Part shown: positions 11,028 through 23,437 of the stretch, piece after piece
Layout of the letters: each line of letters opens with the position of its first letter
How positions within the stretch are numbered: position 1 is the stretch's first letter
DNA from: Somniosus microcephalus
Taxonomy: Eukaryota
Direction of reading: 5' to 3'
Assembly (NCBI GenBank): GCA_052327205.1
Contig: CM126228.1
Span: 30,318,001-30,382,000, forward strand
Length of the DNA: 64,000 nt
Notes under the pieces: model-generated
What the model was told of the DNA's origin: nothing
Seen by the model: only the letters and a program-made list of their open reading frames with translations
The model's database searches: none
Program-made: the position numbers and the translations under genes

Positions 11028-12814
11028 ATGGAGAAGGCCAGGGAGAGAGCGCAGCGCTTCAGCGACGGTGACCTGAGGCTGCTGGTTGGCGGAGTGGAGC
11101 GCAGGCGCCATGTTCTGTTCCCAGAAGGTGGCAAGAGGCCGCTGCCCAGCACCTACCGGAAAGCCTGAAGGGAGGTCTCCAACAGGGTGTCTTCCAACAG
11201 CGTGGTTGCCAGGACTCCTGTGCAATGCCGGAAGAAGTTCAACGACCTCACTCGGGTTGTCAGGGTGAGTACCCTTTCCAGTGTCCTCCTCATCCTTGCA
11301 TGTGCACCTCACTTTATGGGCAAAGGGACCTGAAAGCCCTAATGGCCAGCCCTCATCCAGCAGCTATGGGACTGGCATGAAAATCACTTGCACATTCAGC
11401 ACTTTACACACTGTACAAGCTCTTCGACCATGGGAGGCATTGTAGACAAGATCAGGGCTACACACTGTACAAGCTATTCGACCATGGGAGGCAGTGCAGA
11501 CAAGATCAGGGCTTCACACTGTACTTAGAGGCCGTCCTTTCTCTTGCAGGCCAAGGTGGCGCACAACCGGCGCAACCGAACTGAGACCGGGGGAGGCTGT
11601 CCTGACCTCAAAGAGCTCTCCGACCTCGACCAGCGTGTGGAGCGCATTATGGCAGGCCGCTGATTGGCCCCGTCGCCAGTGGAGATGCCGACCCTGTTCT
11701 GGGCACCAATGGTAAGGGCATCACCTTTTGGACCTCTCTCGTTCCACTTGCGCATGAGATCAGCATCCTTTGCCACTGTCCGACCAATGCGGTGAATGGC
11801 AGCACTCATGCCTCCCTCGCTGCCGCCCTGTCCTCACTCTAAAGCTACTCTTGTGCCTTCCTGCTTTCAGATGGTGAATCGCCAGGTGAGGAGGCGGGCC
11901 CTCAAGCTGCCACTGTCAGCGCTTCGGAATACGAGGAGGAGGAAGAGGAAGCCGGTCCATCAGTGCCACCCTCAGCCGCGCCAGCCCATGGCGATGTAGG
12001 GGACACGTCTTCCCTGGAGGGGAGCCGGGGGGAAGGGTCGGAGGAGAGTGAAGCTCCGGGGCCCAGCGGCCTGCAGCAACGCGGGAGGGGTGGGGAAGCT
12101 CGGCGGACTTCTCCCCAGAGGGTGAGTGCGGCCTCCAGTCCTGCGACGGTGAGCGCAGAGGAGGTGCGCCTCCTAGAGGAAATGGCCGTCCAGGCTGAGC
12201 GCAGGCACACTGAGCTCATGGCTGCAGTGGCAAGGATGCCTGACTCCATAGAGTCTCTGTCAAGGAGTGTGCAGCAATTCGGAGCAGCACAGGCCAGGAG
12301 TCTGCAACAATTCAGTGCAGCACAGGCCAGGAGTCTGGAACAATTCAGTGCAGCACAGGCCAGGAGTCTGCAGGACTTCGCGGCAGCACAATCGGCTTCT
12401 AGCCAAGTGCTCAGTCGTGCCGTCCATTCACTGGCTGGTGTCATGCGGACACAGACCAGGGCCACACGGGCACTAACTGCTGCCACCCTCACTGGATCAG
12501 CCAGGCATCGCCAGGGCACTCGCCGCGCAGCAGCAGCCCAGCAGTCTGTTCTTCAGCTGTTTGCTGCGCATGCTGCAGTGCTGGCCCGTGCGAGTGCCAA
12601 TGTCTCAGGCGACCAGCGAGCACCTGCGATCTGCCAGGTTGCCACCATTCCTGCAGCCGACACTGCCACTCCGCCATTACAGCTGCCACGAGCCGCTGGA
12701 CAGACTGCTGCCGCCCAGCCAGAGTTGGAGCAGTCAGCAGCCGGCCACTCCAAGGCCAGAGCTGGTGCTGGCCGACCCCCAAGGGCATCTGCCGTCTCGC
12801 CATCTGCCCCTTAG
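11028..12814 (+). pseudogene. Harbinger Myb/SANT-like DNA-binding protein, 3 exons (11028-11264, 11550-11711, 11871-12814), disrupted
   Basis: GT-AG junctions match element 2; TGA at 11166 replaces the conserved Trp; exon 2 is 162 nt versus 163 nt (frameshift). Confidence 0.88.
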
Positions 12815-13236
12815 CAGCCTTCCCCCAGCCTTGCTGCAGCCACTGGGCTCCCATTGAGGAGGAGCTGCAGGGCGGGCAGGGGCCAGGCAAGGATGCGCAA
12901 GGCATTGCCCTCGCAGGGCAAAAAGTAGAGGTATGCACAAATGCCTGGTGCTTTTTGTAAGGCCGAGACTGGTGCAGTTGTGTTTGTGTAAGGCCGAGAC
13001 TGGTGTCTTTCTTTCTTTTTGTAAGGCCGAGACTGGTAGTTTTGTGTTTTTGGAGGGGGCTTCTCCACATGAGGATGTAATGTGGGAAGGGCAGAGGTTT
13101 GCAATAAATTATGGTTGTTAAATTGCAGTGTGCATGGTTTTTTTGTTAAGTCCTGGTTGCCCTGCTCGGCTGAGGGCTTGTGGAGCGGCTACATTCATCT
13201 GCTGACATTGGCACAAACCATTCCCTGACAGGGGGC

Positions 13237-14361
13237 CTAGAACTGACGTTCAATAAGCCGGCGACGGGCGGCCCTTGCACTTTGTGCCTCCCTCCTGTGC
13301 TGGTCCTCCTCCTCCTCCTCCTCCTCCTGAGGTGGTCCTCCAATCTCTGGTGGCAGTGCCTGAGTCCTGCGGATAGCCAGGTTGTGCAGCATGCAGCAAA
13401 CGACCACGAAATGGGAGACTCGCTCTGGCGAATACTGTAGGGCTCCACCGGAACGATCCAGACAGCGGAACCGTTGCTTCAGGACGCCGATTGTTTGTTC
13501 GATGATGTTCCTGGTCGCTTGATGGCTCTCGTTGTATCCCTCTTCAGCAGGGGTGCTGGGCGCACGGAGCGGGGTCATCAGCCAGGTACACAAAGGATAG
13601 CCTTTGTCCCCGATAAGCCATCCTCGTGGGTGAGGCTGTGCCTGGAACATGTCTGCCACAGAAGTCTGTCGCAGGATGAAGGCATCGTGGCTGCTGCCTG
13701 GAAAGCGGGCATTGACAGCTAGGATGAGCTGCCTGTGGTCACACACCAGCTGGACGTTCAGCGAACGGTAGCCCTTCCGGTTGCGGTAATCCTCGGCATT
13801 CTCCAGAGGTGCCCGCAAAGCCACATGCGTGCAGTCAACGGCGCCCTGCACCATGGGGAAGCACGCGAATGCTGCAAAGCCCATTGCACGCTGTTGCTGC
13901 TTGGCAAGGGCCATGGAGAAGGAGATGAACTGACGTCTCCTTTTGAAAAGGGCATTGGTCACCTGGCGGATGCAGCAATGCACGGCGAACTGGGAGATGT
14001 TGGCAATGTCCCCAGTAGCGGATTGGAAGGAGCCGGTGGCATAGAAGTTGAGAGCCACCGTCACCTTCACTTCCACTGACAGAGACGTCCTGCTCCTCAG
14101 CTGTGGCTGCAGATCACCGCCAAGCAGGTGGCAGATCTCTGTGACCATGTCCCTTCTGAATCGCAGCCTCCGAACACACTGCTCGTCAGACATGTTGAGA
14201 TAGGAGAACTGCTGGCGGTATACCCTGGGTGGGTAAGGCCTCCTTTCCCGACGCCTGTTGCCCCCTCTCCGTCTAGCCAGGGCTGCCACTCTCTCACGGC
14301 GTCTGTGAGCCCTTTGGATGTAATTGAGAAAGCCAGCGTTGACACCCATTGCAGCCCCCAT
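13237..14361 (-). CDS. Harbinger DDE transposase (HARBI1-like), 374 aa
   Basis: GAVDCTH, GSSHD, IGDKGYP, RNIIEQTIGVLKQRFRCL motifs; uninterrupted ORF. Confidence 0.95.
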   Translation of the reverse strand: MGAAMGVNAGFLNYIQRAHRRRERVAALARRRGGNRRRERRPYPPRVYRQQFSYLNMSDEQCVRRLRFRRDMVTEICHLLGGDLQPQLRSRTSLSVEVKVTVALNFYATGSFQSATGDIANISQFAVHCCIRQVTNALFKRRRQFISFSMALAKQQQRAMGFAAFACFPMVQGAVDCTHVALRAPLENAEDYRNRKGYRSLNVQLVCDHRQLILAVNARFPGSSHDAFILRQTSVADMFQAQPHPRGWLIGDKGYPLCTWLMTPLRAPSTPAEEGYNESHQATRNIIEQTIGVLKQRFRCLDRSGGALQYSPERVSHFVVVCCMLHNLAIRRTQALPPEIGGPPQEEEEEEEDQHRREAQSARAARRRLIERQF

Positions 14362-17296
14362 AATATGCTGGCAAACAATGAGATGTCAATGAAGGCAAAG
14401 ACTAGTGGAAAGCTGTGGCCTGAAGCCAGAAGTATCTGTCCGAGTGTTGGGCCAAAGCAGAAAGCTATCTACCTTGGTCTCTCTCCAAAGATCCGTTTCT
14501 CAAGAAGGAGTGCTGCGAAATGGCAGCCTTTTATAGTGCAGGAGGAGTGCCCTTTAATTTGCGCCCCCCGCGCCCCGCATCGGCTGAGCACCGTTCCACT
14601 CTAACAGTCGCTAGGGGCGCCAGGCACACAATGGGGCGTCGCCACTGAAGTTCCGGTTGGGGGCGTACAATGGGCGTTGCACGAGGAAATGACGTCATGA
14701 TCTGCGCGCGCAGCTGAGCACGCGCAAAGACTTTGCGCCGCCGCTAAATCTCTAATGAAGTTGGGGCGAGGCGCAGATCGTGCTGCGCCCGGGCGCTAGC
14801 CGCCTAGCGCCCGACATCTACTCCTCCTAAGGCGCTAATGGCTGGCGCAACCAACTGAATTTCTAGGCCAATCTGTTTCAGTGATGTCAGTTGAGGGGTA
14901 AATATAGGCCAGGACACCGGGGAGAAATCCACGGCTCGTCTTCGAAATAGCCCTACATTACAACAGTGACTACACTTCAAAAAAATACTTCATTGGCTGT
15001 AAAGCGCTTTGGGACATCAGGTGGTCATGAAAGGTGCTACAGAAATGCAAGTCGTTCTTTTTTTTCTTTATTGTGCCATGGGATCATTTATGTCCATCTT
15101 GGGTAGACGGGGCCTTGGTTTAAAATTTCACCTGAAAGACGGCACCTCTGACATTGCAGCATTCCCTCAGCGCTGCACTGGAGTGTCAGCCTAGATTTTG
15201 TTCTCAAGTCTCTGGAGTGGGACTTGAACCCACAACCTGCTGACTTAGAGGCGAGTGTGCTACCCACTGTGCCATGCCTGCTACCTGCAGGTGTTGTAAC
15301 ATGTGGGTTACATGTTCTTCAGGTGATTAACTAAAAAGACACTGCGGTTTTTATCTTTTATCATACTCACAGCTGAATAAAGTACACCAGACTTCTTATT
15401 GCTGAGTTTTATGTGCCAATAAAGCTTGGTAAATACATGGTTAAATAGCTCACTATGTGTTACCTTTGCCATTGATCTCATAAACAAGACTAGACTTTAC
15501 AATATTAGTTGCAGTTCAGAGTATGTTAACTTTTGAGTGCATGTCAGTGGAATGGCTTTGATCTCATGCACTTTACAATACATTTCAGAAGTGGTGCTCC
15601 CATACTATAGAAAAAAAATCAGTCTGTAGTTTTATAAGGATTTGAAGTATCGAATGGTTTCAAGTCTGGAAAACAGATTTGCGCCAGTTTGCTTTTAAGT
15701 AGCAAAAAATAAAGAAATAGCATTGCACCTAATGTGTTAAAGGGACACTTTCAACAATGATTTCAGGCTATGGCTGGGAAATTACATTGCATGGTCAGGA
15801 CTAGTTTGGTAGCCCAGCATTGCTGCTAAGTTGTCGAACACCTCACAGAGTAACCTCTTTACATTGTCAACTGGACCGTCAGTTCATGCTAATCCACCTT
15901 ATTAGTGTAACACAAACTCTGACTTCACTGTTCTCGATTGTGATAAAGTAACCTCAACTCAGGTGGATTTTACATCAGGATCATTTCGAAGACAGTACAA
16001 CATAAACTGTCAGTAGATTGCAATCCCATTCTGTATCCCAGCAGCCTCTCCCCTTTACATTCGTTCTGTAGGAATATACTGATGTAGTCAGCATCTGTGC
16101 ATGGGCTCGGGTCACGGAGGGCATGTGTTTGTGAAGGATGCATGGAGCCCAGCAGTGGAGGATCCCACTGAGAGCCTATCAATCTAAATGGAACCAGCTC
16201 TACTGACACTGCATTCAGGAATGTGTTTTTGACACCAGACTGGGAATTAGGGCTTGGTGCTTTGTACACGATTTCAGACCAAAACAGTGCAGACTGAATT
16301 CTATTCCATTTACATTGCCATTAAATAGAAATGGTTCAGCTGTGTGAGTCACATTTGAGACATGCATGTTTTGCTGTTTTGTTTTGGGTGCATTGTGTTG
16401 GTACACATGCGACCGTCAACTGGGTAGGACGTGTAAATGGAGCACACATGAGATTGCAATGTATGCCAGTAACATATGTAATACAATAATGGGGTGAAGC
16501 CTGCTATGCGAGCTCTGAACCACAGCACGATGTCACTGGTAATGCTAATGGCAGGAGAAGGAGTATTGCCTCCTTTAATGATTGCAATTTATTTTTATAT
16601 TATAAATGCAAGACAAAGTTGTTGTTGTCGTTGTTGCCATCATCAACCACTGGTCACCTCTTCTGTAAACATACCATTGATTGAATCTAGAGTTCTCAAG
16701 ATTAAATTATGTCGATGTGGCTAGGGAGTCTGGCATTCCATATTCCTGACGCTAGGTACTATTTGTCTACCACCTGCCATGCATACTCTCAGCAATTGTG
16801 TTGAGATCTGCAGGAGAATTTGAGCACCCCAGACGCAATTGGAAAGAAACAAGGGCAAAGGATGCCTTTTTTTGTTGTTGATGCTGTATGAATGTTCGAA
16901 GCTTCTCTGGTGAAGCATTCGTAAGAACAAAGCAAGGTGGCTTGAGGAATAACAATAGACATTGCTGACCTGTGCCCACAGTTGTTCCAATGGGAATCTG
17001 CAAAATGCCTGTCAACTAGAAGTTAATTTATCATCTATTTACTTATTGCATCTAAACTTCCTGAAACCATCACAACACCTACCCATCCCTCCTTTCCACA
17101 ACATGCCCATACTGGCACCATTGCTACCCATTACATTTTGTAAAATCAGTGACATGAACGACCAATGGCAGCTATTTATACACTGCACCATTATTCAAGC
17201 TGCTTCAGAATATTAACATTTTAAGCCATGTTTATTCCAAATGCAGAATAGTATTTTCGATTGCCATGTGGCAAAGTGATTTCTTTACAGGTTTAG

Positions 17297-17590
17297 TGAT
17301 GTAGTGGTGATGGTACTGGACTAGCAACCCAGAGGTCATGGGTTCAAATCCAACCATATCAAATTGTGCGATTGAATTCAATCAATCTGGCAATTTCTGG
17401 ACTGATGTACAAAATAATGATAATTAAAGCTGCCATATTGTCATAAAAACCCAACTGGCTCATTAATGTCCTTCAGGGAAGGGACAGGGACCTGCCACCC
17501 TTACCCGGTGACAACACGTGACTCCAGTCCCACACTACATGGCACTTAATGCCATTCTAACATCACTCATATCCCAAGAACAAAAAGAAA
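17297..17590 (+). mobile_element. tRNA-derived SINE (HE1-like)
   Basis: A-box-like tgtagtggt and B-box ggttcaaatcc; body gtcataaaaacccaactgg shared with 61961-62490. Confidence 0.6.
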
Positions 17591-18869
17591 ATACAGCTAC
17601 AATGTGACTATATGAACAGCGTATATGGTGGCAGTATCAAATATGGTACATGCCAATCAAATGTGGCACAAGCCAAAAACGAACGCAATTGGCATAAGGC
17701 ACAGCACAGCTCATAAAATGTGCCCGTGCACAGTGGAGTAGAATTTATCTCCGTTTTTAATTGTGTGAAGGGTGTTTTGTGAATTGAATTACCTGGTTCA
17801 TGCACTGCTGTAAAGACTGAAGTGCATTCCAGTTATGTATAAATAGAACATATAATGAGCAGAAACAACTAACACATCTGTCATTAATATGCAATCATAG
17901 TGCCACAAGTCCTGGCAAGCAAGCCTCCACTATAATATTATCCATAATTATTTACTCCACATCAACCCAGTGCAGCTCAGGCTTTCTTGCATGTATTTGT
18001 GCAAAACTCGAGAATGATTAAATAAACCGTTCTCGAGGCATGACTTAATTCAATCATGCCATTACATTTTCCTGTTGTATTGTCACAAAGGTGTTCTGTT
18101 TCAAATGAAGTCTGATCAAATCTATTAAAGCAACATTTTTTTTTTTACATTTACTTTATTCAAATACTGCTATCGCTCCTTGCGTATTACCTGAAGGTAC
18201 ATTCTACATGGAGAGTTTGTGGAAACCTGACGGAGAACACAAGGGAAAGAGGAGAGAAAAAAAACCCTGTTTCCCAGTGCACCTTTGGACAGGACTGGGC
18301 ATCCATTTGTAATGTTTAAAGACTCTTTGATGCCCTATGTTATCCAATCAATCAGCCTTCTCTGAGCTGGGATAATACACCGTGCCACATGTTTTTGTAA
18401 CAAATTACATTTAGACACTTTAAGACACTTTCATTATTTTAAAGCAGGTTATAATTAGTCATTGTCAAGACATGGGCACAGGTTGTGCAAATCAGAATAA
18501 ATTTGGCTTGCTCTATCAGCAGTCACAAATGAAGCAATAAATTAGGAATAGTGGCTCACGAGGTCTCTGATCAAAAGCCTTACCTGAAATCCTGAGACTT
18601 TGTTTTTTTCAAATGAGAAAAACAAACAGAAACCAAAAGTATGAAAAAAAAATGATAACAACTGCAGGGTATTATGTGCAATAATGAGTATGAAGGGGAA
18701 ACACTGTTTAATAAAATTAACACACTTGTGCTTTCAGTGGGTAAAACTGCAGTCAGATTTTGTGTCGATCTCTTTGTGTTTGCTGAGCTAACTTTCCTTT
18801 CTGGACAAGCATTACCCTTCGAGCTTGGTGAGAGCTGATGGGAGATATACTTGTTGGGGGGGATGTTGA

Positions 18870-19002
18870 AACATAGGAACAGGAGGAGGCCATTCAGCCC
18901 CTCAAGCCTGATCCGCCATTCAGTTAGATCATGGCTGATCTGTACCTCAACCCCATTTACCCGCCTTAGCTCCATATCCCTTAATACCCTTATCCAACAA
19001 AA
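18870..19002 (-). mobile_element. CR1 3' tail fragment
   Basis: aggaggaggccattcagcccctcaagcctg...agatcatggctgatc is the reverse complement of the CR1 3' stem-loop. Confidence 0.8.
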
Positions 19003-21140
19003 ATGAGAGTGTTCCCTGCCCCTCCACCTTGCCCAGCCTGGGGCCACAATTTACAAATACTCTTGCATTTAACACAGCAGACAAGAACTGACTCAACAGA
19101 TTCTGGTTAATTGCTTAGGGTGTATAACCCTGTCTATATAAACTAGGGTCACATTCGCATGTGGTGTCAAACTGAGGTTCTGACTATTCTGCTACTTTGG
19201 GTCGGTGTTACAGATCCTATGATACTAGTTGAAGAAGAACTAGGAGTTCTCCTGGTGTCTTGGCCAATGTTCAAACATCACCAAAGATGGATTAACTAGT
19301 CATTCACCTTATTGCTGTTTGTGGGAGTTTGATGTGCAACTTAACTGTTACATTTGCCTTCGTAACAGTCAGGGTACTTGAAAGTACGGTACTTTTATGA
19401 GTGACATAATAAGACACTAGATCAACATGGTAGTATAGTGGCTCAAGTTGCCCTTGAGAAGGTGGTGGTGGGCCTTCTTCTAAAACCGCTGAAGTGCGTG
19501 TGGCGAAGGTGCTCTCACAATGCTGTTAGGTCAGGGGATCCAAGAGTGCTTCGACATTGGACTTTACTGCCAAAGGCAACAGTGCTGTCAGCAGAAATCT
19601 CCTAATGTAAATGATGTATTAAATACTGTATAATTCTAGTTCCAGGGGTTCTCTTTGTGGTCTGTGGTTTTAACCCTTTGAATAACCAAGTCAGCTTCAC
19701 TGAAGCAGGCACAGCCAGGATCTGGAGTTCCTGACCACACTGGTTTCACACTTAAAAGGTGTCAAAAATTGAATTGGTCACATCTATGATGCAGCTATGT
19801 CAATCGTTCAAGTCCCTTGTGTGAGCTGAAAGCTTAAAGAAAAAGTCAGCCCAGGGAGGCAGCAATTTCCTCATTTTTCCAGCAGACAGTACTAATACCG
19901 TGTGATAATAAATTTAGGCTTGTCTCTGTGACGAGTTCTGAATCATTTTACTTCTTCTTTTCATCAAGCGATCTCTTTAATGTGGGATCAGTTATTTTAA
20001 AAGATTCATACTTTTTACAACTGCCGGATTCTGGCTGCATTTTTCCACATACATAAAATATTTTCCACTTCAGGGAGAAAGTTTAAACTATGACAAAAAG
20101 AATCCAGTGGCGATGTAGCCATTTCATGCATCTGCTGGAAATAATTTCCCCGATATTTTAGGAATACTAAGGGGTTTAATTTGCTCGGAGTATTTGACTT
20201 GGAGTGCACAGCTGTGCGCCTGGGTGCAGTGAATTTGTTAATTAGTGTTAACAGAATGGGTGCTAACTCTTGTCCACACTTCTAAATTATTCCTGGGAGA
20301 AACAGGTCTAACCTGGCATTAATATATTTTTAGTTTGTTAAGCATAACTCATAGAATCAAACAATTTTGCAGCGCAGAAGGAAGCCATTGCACTTATCCC
20401 AGCTCTCCCAAACAACTATCCACTTAATCCTATTGCCCTGCCCTCACCCCACCCTCCTTTAACTTTTTCTTTTTCAGCAATCTTTCTACTTCGGTTTTAA
20501 AATATATCACGCATGTTGCTTCTACTACTGTTTCTGGTCCTAATAGCCATCTCTCTTAAAAAAGCAATGTTTCCTAATTTCCCACTTTGTTCTTTTGGTG
20601 GCAATCCCAGATTAGTTACCAAGTCACTGATTAGTGGAATAATTTATCCCATTTTACCGTATCTGGGAATGTGCAAATGTACTCGGGATTTATTTGATTC
20701 AAACACTTGACGCTGGCATGAAAGTAACAGTGGGAAGTAACAAGAGTGTGAGGGGTGAACGGAGGAAGAGATAACATGGAACAGGTCAAAGAGGAGTCTT
20801 GCTGAACTCTGGGTGTTACCTCAACTTTTTTCTTTGCTAGGCACTGTCTACCCCAGAACATACAGGACAGAAACTGGCCGTTTGGCCCAAATGCTCTATG
20901 CCATTGTTTATACTCTACATGAGTCTCCTCCCACTCTAGTTAAATCTTCCCACCCTGCCCCTGTATCTCTCTATTCCTTTCTCCCTCGTGTATATATCAA
21001 GCTGCCCCTTAAATGTATCAATGCGTGATGGATAGGTGGAGCTGGTGCAGGAACACTGGGGCTGAGCAAAATGTCAGACAGGGTTTTGTCCCTATTTTTC
21101 ACCACCCTCCTCTATTTAGAGGAGTTTTCTTTCACACATT

Positions 21141-21926
21141 GGGTGCCATCTTGCCAGCCCTGGGGAGGTGGGTTTGGAGGCGGGACTGCCAGGAAAATGG
21201 CAGAATTTGGGGGCGGGTGCCTCCATGCCATCTTGCCAGGAGGCGGGAAGCCGTCCCGTGCCGGGTCCAGTCTCCTTGGAGGCAGGAAGGGATTACAGCC
21301 ACTTAACTGCCTGTTAACAGGTAGTTAACAGGCAGAAAATAGGATTATCTCCTTTTTGCCCACACAAGTGCGGGCTTCCCGAAGGCTCCGAAACCCGCCA
21401 GGGTCACCGAGGCGAGTAGTGGTTCTGCGGGGGTCGGAGGGGTCCAAAGGTGTGCTGTGGAGGTGATTGATGGGTGCAAGTGTGGAGTGGTGAATATCTG
21501 AGGTAAGTGCAAAGTGTTAGAAGAAGTGTACTTACCTTTGTTTCTTCCTGCAGGCTTCAGTCGGTGGGTATGCGGAGAGTCTCGCACCTCCGCGGTAGAG
21601 ATGACAGATGGCCATTGCATTCTCCAATTCCTGCAAAAGAAAGAGATTTGATGAGTTTTTGTATTCAAGAACTCAGCAAACTACAGAGAATGTCACTGTT
21701 TGACAGCTTCACAGAGCTGTCAAACGATGACAATTCACCTGTCAAAAATTTTGACATTCTCTGTAACCGGCTTTCCCTTAATTGGCCTGCTAAGTCCGCT
21801 GGGCGGGTTTAACAAGGTTAATCAAGGGAAAATAGCGTGGGTTGGCCAGAAGTTGATGGAGGCGGGACTGAAACCCGACAAGTGGGAGTCCCGCCTCCAA
21901 AAGCTCCCCATTGACAAAATCACCCC
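21141..21926. mobile_element. Harbinger-type MITE, family B copy 1
   Basis: Collinear with 51070-51905; degenerate ggg...attttg termini; internal palindromes. Confidence 0.75.
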
Positions 21927-22629
21927 TTGTGTTTCCCTACCTGTGTAGTATTTACATTAAGTTACTTTACCCCATAGTGTTCTGGAAAGTCATGTTTCCC
22001 TGGGGAAAAAGTTTTCTATGGGAGCAAAACTCAAAGGCAGAGTGATCTGCTGAAGTCTGCTAACTGAAGTGGAATTATTTAGGTTGTGGTCAGGGGCAGG
22101 AAGTCCTTCACACCCTTTCTAGTGACTTGAACTCTTACTATGTTAAGTGGTGTCACGCACTCCAAGAGGTTCAATTGCATTTACTTTTGTCATATTATTT
22201 AGCTGCACTTGCACTTAATTTAGTAATCTGCAGAAAATGCTGTACTTGTACCAGTCAGCCTGTGTGTGCTCTTGGGAAACAGTTTTGTGTTGTCTTTTTA
22301 TTGTGGGAAAGGAGAGAATTGCTTTCAAGCAATTCTAAAGTGACGGTATGGCAGTTATTTTTCACATGCAAGTGTTCCCGCCAGTAGTGTACATCAGAAA
22401 ATCTCGGCCTAACTTCCCATGATTTTCCATACATTTACATCAGTAGTGCTCCTCCACAATTATCTGATCTGGCCAAGGTTCTTTGCTGCCTTAACGTAGT
22501 CAGAAAATTATCTTCTATAATTCCAGACCTGACTCCAGAGAGAAGCAATATGAAGCTCTCTGGACAAGGCAGTGTCTTATAGTTTGGGTTTGACAACACT
22601 TGCAGTATAACTCCTGTAAGTTTTTAAAA

Positions 22630-23075
22630 ATTTCATTCTTGGGATATGGGTGTTGCTGGCATTTATTGCCCAATCCTAGTTACCCTTGAGAAGGTGGTGG
22701 TGAGCCCCGGCTTCTTGAACCGCTGCAGTCCAAGTGGTGAAGGTACTCCCACAGTGCTGTTAGGGAGGGAGTTCCAGGATTTTGACCCAGCGACGATGAA
22801 GGAACAGCGATATATGTCCAAGTCAGGATGGCATGTGGTTTGGAGGGGAACTTGGAGGTGAAGGTGTTCCCATGCAGCTACTGCCCTTGTCCATTTTAGC
22901 TGATAGAAATTTGTGAGGTGCTGTCGAAGAAGCCTTGGGGAGTTGTTGCGGTGCATCCTGTAGACAGTACACACTGCAGCCACGGTGCACCGGTGGTGGA
23001 GGGAATGGATGTTTAAAGTGGTGGATGGGCTACTGATCAAGTGAACTGCTTTGTCCTGGATGGTGTCAAACATTG
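22630..23075 (-). mobile_element. LINE 3' fragment of a second family (HER1-like tail shared with the HE1-like SINE)
   Basis: ORF 22663-23073 (IHSLHHRCTVAA...SKSWNSLP); tail caccaccttctcaaggg...gggcaataaatgc also at 62418-62465. Confidence 0.7.
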
Positions 23076-23437
23076 GACCTCATGAATACTTTCTGAGCTT
23101 ACCTGGAGTTTATTTGAATGCTTAAAGAGTGCAAACACTCTTCCTGATGATGCCTACTCATTTAGATTTAAACCATAGGCAAGGAAGTTCTGCACATGGC
23201 TGTAAGTAGACATGTGTTTAGCTCCCTCCAGAGCAGGAGAAAACCAAGAACAACAACTTGCATTTATATAGCACCTTTAACCTAGTAAAATGTCCCAAGG
23301 TGCTTCACAGGAGTGTATTCAGACAAAAGTTGATATTGAGCCAAAGAAGGAGACATTAGGACAGGTGACCAAAAGCTTGGTCAAAAAGGTAGGTTTTAAG
23401 GAGCATCGTAAAGGAGGAGAGGGAAGGCACACACTTT

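Larger units (their letters stand above)
10667..14869. mobile_element. Full-length PIF/Harbinger transposon 1 (4203 bp)
   Basis: Perfect 16-bp TIR ggcctagaaattcagt; AAT TSD; convergent Myb-like and transposase genes. Confidence 0.96.
10521..15286 (-). mobile_element. Deu-domain SINE split by the Harbinger element (tail 10521-10666; body and tRNA-like head 14870-15286)
   Basis: tRNA-like head on the minus strand (tggcacagtgggtagcacactcgcctctaagtcag...ggttcaagtccc); an extra plus-strand SINE tail is inserted at about 14950-15070. Confidence 0.75.

Noticed and set aside
13237-14361. Host HARBI1 gene
   Set aside because: Lies within TIRs and a TSD, is paired with a Myb-like gene and is multi-copy, so it is a transposon gene
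15200-15286. tRNA gene (also 17297 and 61961)
   Set aside because: Degenerate tRNA-derived SINE heads attached to SINE bodies
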